Shown piece after piece: positions 28,340 to 35,645 of a DNA stretch of 64,000 nt (position 1 is the first letter of the stretch; the number at the start of each line of letters is the position of its first letter). Source of the stretch: Vicinamibacterales bacterium. GTDB lineage: Bacteria > Acidobacteriota > Vicinamibacteria > Vicinamibacterales > UBA8438. The stretch covers positions 819,579 through 883,578 of the forward strand of contig CBDCTP010000003.1 of the NCBI GenBank assembly GCA_965222265.1. Reading direction: 5' to 3'. The translations under genes and the position numbers were made by a program. The notes under the pieces were generated by a model. That model was not told the DNA's origin and searched no databases. It saw nothing but the letters and a program-made list of their open reading frames with translations.

Positions 28340-28585
28340 TCAGTCGGCGCCGCCCTCGACAATCCGCTGCCAGAGCGCGCGGCAACGGGCCGGCAGGTCG
28401 CCGAGGTCGGCGGTGACGTCGGCGATGAGCGTCTCGCGGTTCGGGCCGGCGAGCAGCTGTTCGATGTCCCAGGCGTCCTGCGCGCCGCCGGCGAAGAGCT
28501 TGAGGAGGACGAGGTCCTGCGCGCGCGCGGCCGGCAGGCGCGTGCCGCCGGCAGACGCGGGCTCGGCGCGCTCGAGGATCCTCAT
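28340..28585 (-). CDS. Nucleotidyltransferase-like C-terminal fragment
   Basis: QDLVLLKLFAGGAQDAWDIEQLL resembles the C-terminal helix of minimal NTase/AbiEii-type proteins; only 81 aa with no catalytic N-terminus. Confidence 0.3.
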   Translation of the reverse strand: MRILERAEPASAGGTRLPAARAQDLVLLKLFAGGAQDAWDIEQLLAGPNRETLIADVTADLGDLPARCRALWQRIVEGGAD

Positions 28586-28615
28586 CGAGAGTCGCGGCGA
28601 CGCGCTAGAGCAGGC

Positions 28616-28837
28616 TCAGCCGATGAGCCGCTGCAGGCATGCGCTCGGTTGGCGGGTCGCCTGGCGCCGCCGCTCGAGGAGTCGGATTGCCGTCCGCCGG
28701 TCGAGGCCGTGGGTGGCGCGAAACGCCTCCAGATCCTCGTCGCCGAGGCGGAAGGCCAGCTCGAGGCGCTCGACCAGCGGCAGCGCGCGGACGGCGTCGG
28801 CGTCGCGCGCGCGGAGGACCGAGGCAACCGACTTCAC
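28616..28837 (-). CDS. Small helical protein (possible antitoxin/regulator partner)
   Basis: 73 aa from a GTG start; ...ERLELAFRLGDEDLEAFRATHGLDRRTAIRLLERRRQ...; sits 30 nt upstream of the NTase-like fragment. Confidence 0.3.
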   Translation of the reverse strand: MKSVASVLRARDADAVRALPLVERLELAFRLGDEDLEAFRATHGLDRRTAIRLLERRRQATRQPSACLQRLIG

Positions 28838-28991
28838 GAGGCGAGTATACCCGCGGGGCGGTTGCCTGGCCGGCTTTGACAGCCGCGCCCTGCAAACGTA
28901 GCCTTGCCGCGAGAACGGTGGTAGAGGGTCCGCGATGCGCTTGAGAATCACGTCGGAGCCGCAGGTTGCGCTGCCCACGCCGGTACGGAAG

Positions 28992-30542
28992 ATGCCAGAA
29001 GGCCGCGGCCGGGGCCGCGCCGGTCGCGCAGGTCCCCTCGCGCTCGGCCTGCTGATGCTGGCCGCCGCGTGCGCCTGGGCGGCATGCTCGGGCGGCGAGA
29101 CGGCCGCGCTGGCGCCCCCGGCTGCCGTCGAGTCGTACGACCTGGTGATCGCCGGCGGTCGGGTCATCGATCCGGAGAGCGGGCTCGACGCCGTGCGCCA
29201 CGTCGGGATCCGCGCCGGCGCCGTGGCGGCGCTCTCCGCAGCGCCGCTGGAGGGGCGCGCCATCGTCGATGCCGCCGGGCTCGTCGTGGCGCCGGGGTTC
29301 ATCGACCTGCACGCGCACGGGCAGGACCCGGCGAGCAGCCGGTACCAGGCGCAGGACGGGGTGACGACGGCGCTCGAGCTCGAGATCGGGGCCTTCCCGG
29401 TCGGCCGCTGGTACGCGCGGCGGGGCGGAGCGTCGCTCATCAACTATGGCGCCTCGGTGAGCCACCAGGGGGCGCGGCTGCGCGCGTTGGGCAGCGCCGT
29501 GGCGCGCGCCAACCCGGACGGGACGTTCTCGCTCGGCGAGAGCGGCAACCGCGCCCTCTACCGCGCGGCGACCGACGATGAGCTGGCCCGCCTCGGCCGG
29601 CTCATGGAGCGCGGCCTCGCCGAGGGCGGCATCGGCTTCGGCTTCGGGTTGAGCTACACCCCGGGCGCGAGCCATCGCGAGCTGCTGCGCCTGTTCGAGC
29701 TCGCGGCCGCGCACGAGGCGCCCGCGTTCATCCACCTGCGCGGGTCGTCGGCCTTCCGGCGCGGCGGCGTCCTGGCGCCGTTCCAGGAGGTGATCGCCAA
29801 CGCCGCGGTCACCGGCGCGGCGCTCCACATCGTCCACATGAACAGCACCGCCGCCGGGCGGGCGGAGGAAGCCCTCGCCATGATCCGCGGCGCGCGCGAG
29901 CGCGGCGTCGACGTCACGACCGAGGCCTACCCCTACACGGCCAGCGCCTCGCTCATCGAGTCGCCGCTGTTCGACGGCTGGGACGACCGGTCGGCCGAGG
30001 CCTACCGGAGGCTGCAGTGGGTCGAGACGGGCGAGCGGCTCACGCGCGAGACGTTCCGGCGCTATCGGCGCCAGGGCGGGTGGGTCATCATGCACGGCCG
30101 GTCGGAGACGGTCAACGAGTGGATCGTCAGCCAGCCCGACGTCATCGCGGCCAGCGACGGCATCCCGTTCAGCGAGGGTCGGGCGCATCCGCGGGGCGCC
30201 GGGACGTTCGCCCGCATCCTGGGCCACTACGCGCGCGACCGCGGCGCGCTGTCGCTGACGGACGCCGTCCGCAAGATGACGCTGCTGCCGGCCCGGCGGC
30301 TGGAGGCCATCGTGCCGGCGATGGTGCGCAAGGGCCGGATGCAGGTCGGGAGCGACGCCGACCTGACGATCTTCGACCCCGAGCGCGTCATCGATCGCGC
30401 GACGTACGACGCGCCCGACCGGCCGTCGGCCGGCATCGAGCACGTGCTCGTCGGCGGCACCTTCGTCGTCCGCGACGGCGCGCTGGTCGACGGCGTCCAG
30501 CCCGGCCGTCCTCTCTTCGGACGGCACCTGGCGGCGCGGTAG
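28992..30542 (+). CDS. Amidohydrolase-superfamily D-aminoacylase-like lipoprotein
   Basis: YDLVIAGGRVIDPESG...VAPGFIDLHAHGQ metal-binding start; lipobox-like LMLAAACAWAACSG. Confidence 0.75.
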   Translation: MPEGRGRGRAGRAGPLALGLLMLAAACAWAACSGGETAALAPPAAVESYDLVIAGGRVIDPESGLDAVRHVGIRAGAVAALSAAPLEGRAIVDAAGLVVAPGFIDLHAHGQDPASSRYQAQDGVTTALELEIGAFPVGRWYARRGGASLINYGASVSHQGARLRALGSAVARANPDGTFSLGESGNRALYRAATDDELARLGRLMERGLAEGGIGFGFGLSYTPGASHRELLRLFELAAAHEAPAFIHLRGSSAFRRGGVLAPFQEVIANAAVTGAALHIVHMNSTAAGRAEEALAMIRGARERGVDVTTEAYPYTASASLIESPLFDGWDDRSAEAYRRLQWVETGERLTRETFRRYRRQGGWVIMHGRSETVNEWIVSQPDVIAASDGIPFSEGRAHPRGAGTFARILGHYARDRGALSLTDAVRKMTLLPARRLEAIVPAMVRKGRMQVGSDADLTIFDPERVIDRATYDAPDRPSAGIEHVLVGGTFVVRDGALVDGVQPGRPLFGRHLAAR

Positions 30543-30656
30543 GCAGCCACCCTTCAACCGACTCCGCGAGTGGTCGACTCCGGGAGTGCGTGGTGTTTTG
30601 GGTATGTGAGTGTCAAGAAGGAATAAACAGAAGGAACGTTATGGTATGCTCTTGTC

Positions 30657-30845
30657 GTGAAACGATCCTGGCGGTTCACGGAGTCTACGGCCAGTTGCTG
30701 TATCCCGCTACGGCGGCGGGCGTGCTCGGAATGTACGCGACACCCGGCGAAGTTCTCTCGCTTGGGCCGGGTCAGGGCCGACCGGCATCACGATCTGTGC
30801 AGGCGGTGCCATCGGGCGGCGCGCGACCGTCAGAGGATGCAGTAG
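30657..30845 (+). CDS. Possible small zinc-ribbon protein
   Basis: CSEC...(20 aa)...CRRC pairs; higher third-position GC than the overlapping alternative frame; sits in a locally low-GC spacer. Confidence 0.2.
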   Translation: MKRSWRFTESTASCCIPLRRRACSECTRHPAKFSRLGRVRADRHHDLCRRCHRAARDRQRMQ

Positions 30846-30872
30846 GGGGTTTCTGAATGGGGAACGTGGCTG

Positions 30873-31310
30873 ATGACAATTGCTGATTCGATCCGATCGT
30901 ACGTGCGGGAGCACTACATCGAGCCGTCGCGCCGCCGTGGTCAGCCGAGTGTCACCGTCGTCGCGGGCAAGGTCCATCGGGACATGAAGTTCGCTGATCG
31001 CATACCGAACGTCTGTTCCGCGCTGCGAGCACGAAAATTCCTGAAGGACAACGCTCTCGAGCTGGTGAAGGCGGTCGGACCGAAGTCGATGATGAGCACG
31101 ACGACCACTTTCACCTACCGGCTTCTCCAACGCGCCGAGTCCGGTCGACCTGGGTCCACGCGAGGCGCGGTCTGGGACCTTCTGGGCGCCGGCCGGGACA
31201 CGTTCGCGGCGCTCGGTGGCGGCGAGCGCTGGCTGCGCGAGGAACGAGAGTCGTTCTACCTCGGCGAGGACGTCAACGATGAGGTTGATCCGCAAGGACG
31301 CTCGGACTGA
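30873..31310 (+). CDS. Putative antitoxin with an unrecognised N-terminal domain
   Basis: 145 aa; C-terminal FAALGGGERWLREERESF resembles PIN-associated antitoxin tails; its stop overlaps the PIN ATG (TGATG). Confidence 0.4.
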   Translation: MTIADSIRSYVREHYIEPSRRRGQPSVTVVAGKVHRDMKFADRIPNVCSALRARKFLKDNALELVKAVGPKSMMSTTTTFTYRLLQRAESGRPGSTRGAVWDLLGAGRDTFAALGGGERWLREERESFYLGEDVNDEVDPQGRSD

Positions 31311-31735
31311 TGTCCCGGATCTACTGGGACACCATGCTCTTCATCTACTGGCTCGAGGCGCATCCGACCTACATGGACCGGCTCAGGCAGATCCTGACGA
31401 GAATGGAGGCACGGGGCGACCAGCTCTGCTCGAGCGCGTTCGGCGTAGGAGAGTTGCTCGCGGGCGCCATGCGGCGCGGCGACCGGGAGCTGGCCGATGC
31501 GATACGGAAAGCCATGCAGCCGCCGCACGTCGAGTTGCTTCCCTTCGATGCCCGTACCGCCGAGCACTTCGGGGAAATCCGCACCCGCTGCAGAACGAGC
31601 CCGGCCGACTCGATTCACTTGGCGTGCGCCGCGGCCGCCGGCGTCGACCTGTTCTTGACCAACGACACCAAGCTCACCCGGCTCGATGTGCCGGGCATCC
31701 GGTTCATCGCGGGCCTCGACGCTCCGGTCCTCTGA
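31310..31735 (+). CDS. vapC: PIN-domain toxin (VapC family)
   Basis: MSRIYWDTMLFIYWLE...GVGELLAG...ADSIHLACAAAAGVDLFLTNDTKL. Confidence 0.8.
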   Translation: MSRIYWDTMLFIYWLEAHPTYMDRLRQILTRMEARGDQLCSSAFGVGELLAGAMRRGDRELADAIRKAMQPPHVELLPFDARTAEHFGEIRTRCRTSPADSIHLACAAAAGVDLFLTNDTKLTRLDVPGIRFIAGLDAPVL

Positions 31736-31760
31736 CTCTCGCTCGGGTCGCCGCCAGCCG

Positions 31761-33944
31761 TCAGTGCGCCAGCGGGTGGGGGCGGACCTGGAACTTGACC
31801 AGGTTGCCGCGCGTGCCCTTGCCGCCCTCGATGTGCCACGCGGCGTTCGTGCCGTAGTCGGCCCACACGGCGCGTCCCTTCCAGCCGGCGTCCGGGTCGT
31901 CGATGCGTCCGTCCATGCCGCGCGAGTAGAAGCCGAGCGGGTACGGCACGCGCAGGATGACGAACTCCTCCGCGTCGGGCAAGAAAGCGAGCAGCGAGTC
32001 GGAGGTCGACCCGGTGGCGATCGGCACGTTCGCGCCCAGGCCCAGCGTGTCGAACTGGTCGACCCAGTTGTAGTAGTGGAAGTCGGCGCTGCCGTGGTCG
32101 GTCACGCCCTGCATCTGCGGCCCCGGCGTGGCGTACAGGGTCCAGCCTTCCGGACAGTGCTGGCCTGTGGCCTCCGGTCCGTTCAGGACGCGGCAGCGGC
32201 TGCGGTCGAAGCGGGCAACGTGGCCGCTGCCCGAGAGCGCGGTCCAGACGATGCCGTTCGTGTCGATGTCGATCCCGCGCGGCGAGTAGCCCTGCACCGG
32301 CGCGTCGGGGTTCTCGAACGGCGGCTGGTAGTACTCGGCCACGCACGTCCGCGGCGGCTCGTCGCCGAGCTCGAGGCGGACGATCTGGCCGGGCACGCCG
32401 CCCGACGCGGCCCAGACGACGCGCTCGGCGGTCGGGTCGGGCACGATGCCGTACCAGCCTCGCCCGAGTTGGCGGTCCATCGCCGGGTCCGGCTCCTCCC
32501 GCAGGCCGGTCCAGGCCCCGATGCGCCCGTCGCCGGTGGTGTCGACGATGGTCGGGCACCAGCCCTGCGACGCCTGCGCGTCGCGCGTCTCCGCGTACTT
32601 CCGCGTGTTGATCCAGCCGATGACGTCGCGGACGGAGCTCAGGTACAAGGTGTCGTCGTCGTCGAAGCCGAACTGCAGGTGGTGCGTGTTGAAGCAGGTT
32701 TCGATCAGCTCCACCTCGCCGGTGGCGGGATCGTAGTACGCGACGTGCCGGGCGGCGGCGTCGATCGGGTAGTGCCTGGCGAAGGCGTTGTCGGAGCCCT
32801 CTCGGCACCAGGCCGGGTTGCCGGGGCCGCGGATCTGATGCGTCATCCAGACCCGGCCGCGGCTGTCCATCATCGGGTTGTGCGGGTTGCCGGGGTTGTT
32901 CCAGAGCAGCTCGTCGCCGTAGTAGAAGGACGGGTTCGGCATGTCCTGCGGCATGTACGAGAGGTAGTCGCCCTCGCCGGGCGTGTCGCGGACTGGCACC
33001 GCCACGTCGCGGGCGGCGTGGGTGGCCGGGTCGACCCAGGCGAGCTTGTCGTGGGCGAACTCGACGCCGTAGACCGGTCCGCCCGCGTTCACGTGCGGAT
33101 CGCGCTTGTCGCTGGCGATCTCGTCGTGGATGTAGGACGTCTCGCTGCCCCATTCCCACATCGTCAGCACGACGTCGCGCTCGCGGCCCTGCGGCCGCGG
33201 CGGCGCCTCCGGCACCTCGCCAGCCGTGATGCGGTCGGTCCAGTCGGCGTAGGCGGCGATGCCTCGGTCGCGTCCGAAGCGGTTCATGGCGGCGGCCATC
33301 CGCGAGGCACGCTGGCCCGTCACGATGCGGTGCGCCCAGGCCGCCTCGGTCGAGTCGAAGTCGGCGGCGTTCGGTATCTCGCGCGTCGCCGGGTTGCCGA
33401 GCTGGTGGCAGAGCTGGCAGCCCTGCTTGAGCGTGTCGATCCAGTGCGCCTGGGTCCGCATGCTGGCCCCGATGCCGTTGCCGTCCGGGCCCGTGCCCGG
33501 GAACTCCGTCGCGTCGGGCACCGCCATCAGCGAGTACCAGTAGTTGGCCGGGTAGACGGCGGCGGCCTCCTGCGGGCTCGCCGCCGGCGTGGCCGTGAGG
33601 TTCAGCGCCTGGCCGGGCCGGCCGGTCACCCGCGGCGAATCGGCCAGGCCGTAGCCCCGCACCCAGACCGCGTAGCTCGCGTCCGGCAGGTCGGGCAGGA
33701 CGTAGCGGCCCGCGTCGTCCGTCACGACGATCTTGCGCAGGCGGGTGGCCAGGTCGTCCGTCTCGGCGATGACCCACACCCCCGCCTCGTGGCCATGCGG
33801 GCCGCTGACCACGCCGCCGATGTCGTCGGCGTCGATCGCGACGGCCTGCGCGGCAGCGGCGGGAGGACTCGCGAGGACCAGGGCGGTGGCGCCCAGCGCG
33901 GCAACGGCGAGGGTTGCGATCGATCGGGTGGCTGAAGCTGGCAT
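31761..33944 (-). CDS. Secreted CarboxypepD_reg-domain protein with a single CxxCH and a large beta-propeller-like body
   Basis: Signal peptide; VVTDDAGRYVLPDLPDASYAVWVRGYG (CarboxypepD_reg); LKQGCQLCHQLG heme motif; 727 aa. Confidence 0.6.
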   Translation of the reverse strand: MPASATRSIATLAVAALGATALVLASPPAAAAQAVAIDADDIGGVVSGPHGHEAGVWVIAETDDLATRLRKIVVTDDAGRYVLPDLPDASYAVWVRGYGLADSPRVTGRPGQALNLTATPAASPQEAAAVYPANYWYSLMAVPDATEFPGTGPDGNGIGASMRTQAHWIDTLKQGCQLCHQLGNPATREIPNAADFDSTEAAWAHRIVTGQRASRMAAAMNRFGRDRGIAAYADWTDRITAGEVPEAPPRPQGRERDVVLTMWEWGSETSYIHDEIASDKRDPHVNAGGPVYGVEFAHDKLAWVDPATHAARDVAVPVRDTPGEGDYLSYMPQDMPNPSFYYGDELLWNNPGNPHNPMMDSRGRVWMTHQIRGPGNPAWCREGSDNAFARHYPIDAAARHVAYYDPATGEVELIETCFNTHHLQFGFDDDDTLYLSSVRDVIGWINTRKYAETRDAQASQGWCPTIVDTTGDGRIGAWTGLREEPDPAMDRQLGRGWYGIVPDPTAERVVWAASGGVPGQIVRLELGDEPPRTCVAEYYQPPFENPDAPVQGYSPRGIDIDTNGIVWTALSGSGHVARFDRSRCRVLNGPEATGQHCPEGWTLYATPGPQMQGVTDHGSADFHYYNWVDQFDTLGLGANVPIATGSTSDSLLAFLPDAEEFVILRVPYPLGFYSRGMDGRIDDPDAGWKGRAVWADYGTNAAWHIEGGKGTRGNLVKFQVRPHPLAH

Positions 33945-34082
33945 CGGCTCCTCCCGCGAACAGGTGTCGTCAAAGTGCGCAACGCGGCCATTCTATCGCG
34001 CTCGGCCGCGACTTGGCGGCGGCAGCAACCCGCGTCGGGCCTTGCGGATCCGTGCCAGGACAACGCGGTGGGAAGCCGTTAG

Positions 34083-35573
34083 CAGCCCGTGGAAGAAGTC
34101 TGATCGCTGAGCCCTGCTGTTCAGGCAGCTTGGCGATGAGCAATTGAGCCGACGAGGGCCGTCGGTGTCCATTTGAACCCCCAGGCGCGCGTCAGACGCC
34201 CCCAGCGGTCGATCAGACGGTCGATCAGGCGGCAAATCGCCGAAAGAGCCCGCCCCTGCAGGCTCCGGGGCGTACCGATGCCGGTCTGGTGGCGCAGGAG
34301 CAGCCCGATGTTGCAGGCGGCCGCCTGGATCAGCACCCGCTTGCGGACATTCTCGTGACCGCGCACCCACACCCGACGCATTCCCCCTGTCTCATACATG
34401 TGTGCGAAAGAACGCTCCACCACCTCGCCCCGGCAGCGTTGCAGGCGACGACCCCGCCGCCCGCCCACACGCCGGCGGTTCGCATACAGCGCCTTCTGCG
34501 CAGCGCGCTTCTCCGGCGGCGTCTCTCCCGTCCTCTTGTCCTGCCAGCAGCGCCGGCCGCGCTCCGGCTCCGATACGTGACTCCGAACCCCCACCTCGCC
34601 GAGGGCCACCAGCGTCGCGTCGCTGTGGTACCCCTTGTCGGCGACCACCTCTTCGACCCCCGGACCGTCCGGCGCCACCAACTCCACCTGCTCGGCCGCC
34701 GTGATCAGCGTCTCCGGCAGCGTGGCCGTATCGCCGTCGGATGCATCCTGCACCGTCACCGACACGATGGCCCCCGTGTCCATGTCGACCCCGTGCTCGG
34801 CCTTGTGAGCCAAGTGCGTCCGGCCGTCCTTCATCTTCGCGACCTTCGCGTCCGGGTCCTGCGGCGATTTCCACTCCTTGTTCGACGTCTTCTTGTTCTT
34901 CCGCGACCGGTCGAACCGAGCCAGATCCGCCTGTGTCGGTGTCTCCACCCCCGACGCTTCCGCCAACCGCCGAATGAACGCCTCGTAGGATTCGCCCGTG
35001 TCCCGACGCTCGATGCTCCGCATCGCCGCGTTCGCTTCCAGCGTCGTCGCATCGATGCCGACCGTCTTCCCCCGCAACAGGCCTGCAGCGGAGAGCCGCT
35101 CCAACACCCACGTGAAAACCGCCACGTGCGTCTCCACGTCGATCAGCCGCCGCGTGCGCGACAACGTCGAGTGGTCCGGTGCCGCCTCGGTCACGTCCAG
35201 GTCCAGAAACGACCGCAGACTCAGCGAATCGGCCACCCGCCACGCGATCCCCCGCTCGGAGGACAACCCTTCGAAATAGCCGATGAACAGCAGACGGAAA
35301 TACCGGCCCGGCCGTAGACTCGGCCGGCCCATCCGCGCAGCGTAGAACGCCCCGCACAGTCCCTCGACGAAGGCGTCGAAGCCTGCCTCCTCCAGGACCC
35401 GGTTCAGACGCTCGAAGAAGGGATGCCCGGCGTTCGTCGGAAGGTCCGCCGTGGTCACCCACATCGGCGACGGCTGTCGAGCCGCCGGTTTCTTGCCCAT
35501 CGCCATGCCGTCCAGTGTACGGAACTCGATCGAGCCGGTCGAGTGCGGATCCCCTGACTTTCGCCACGGGCTG
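34083..35573 (-). mobile_element. IS5/IS1182-family insertion sequence
   Basis: Perfect terminal inverted repeat CAGCCCGTGG / CCACGGGCTG flanked by a 4-bp direct repeat TTAG (34079-34082 and 35574-35577). Confidence 0.85.
34121..35506 (-). CDS. IS5/IS1182-family DDE transposase
   Basis: DUF772-type N-terminus (GRPSLRPGRYFRLLFIGYFEGLSSERGI) and DDE C-terminus (VADKGYHSD...VVERSFAHMYETGGMRR). Confidence 0.85.
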   Translation of the reverse strand: MAMGKKPAARQPSPMWVTTADLPTNAGHPFFERLNRVLEEAGFDAFVEGLCGAFYAARMGRPSLRPGRYFRLLFIGYFEGLSSERGIAWRVADSLSLRSFLDLDVTEAAPDHSTLSRTRRLIDVETHVAVFTWVLERLSAAGLLRGKTVGIDATTLEANAAMRSIERRDTGESYEAFIRRLAEASGVETPTQADLARFDRSRKNKKTSNKEWKSPQDPDAKVAKMKDGRTHLAHKAEHGVDMDTGAIVSVTVQDASDGDTATLPETLITAAEQVELVAPDGPGVEEVVADKGYHSDATLVALGEVGVRSHVSEPERGRRCWQDKRTGETPPEKRAAQKALYANRRRVGGRRGRRLQRCRGEVVERSFAHMYETGGMRRVWVRGHENVRKRVLIQAAACNIGLLLRHQTGIGTPRSLQGRALSAICRLIDRLIDRWGRLTRAWGFKWTPTALVGSIAHRQAA

Positions 35574-35584
35574 TTAGGGAGAAA

Positions 35585-35611
35585 TTAAGGAATTGTTAAG
35601 CCGGCGTTAAG
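35585..35611 (+). promoter_or_regulatory. Three phased TTAAG motifs upstream of the TonB-dependent receptor gene
   Basis: TTAAG at 35585, 35596 and 35607 (11-bp spacing) in a locally AT-rich patch 35-60 bp upstream of the ATG at 35646. Confidence 0.3.
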
Positions 35612-35645
35612 GCTCCGCCGGTGCGTCCTCCGCTACATTGATCGG

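Noticed and set aside
28605-30557. 650-aa minus-strand ORF
   Set aside because: It is antisense shadow of the amidohydrolase gene, with no motifs and an extreme Arg/Gly/Pro/Ala bias.
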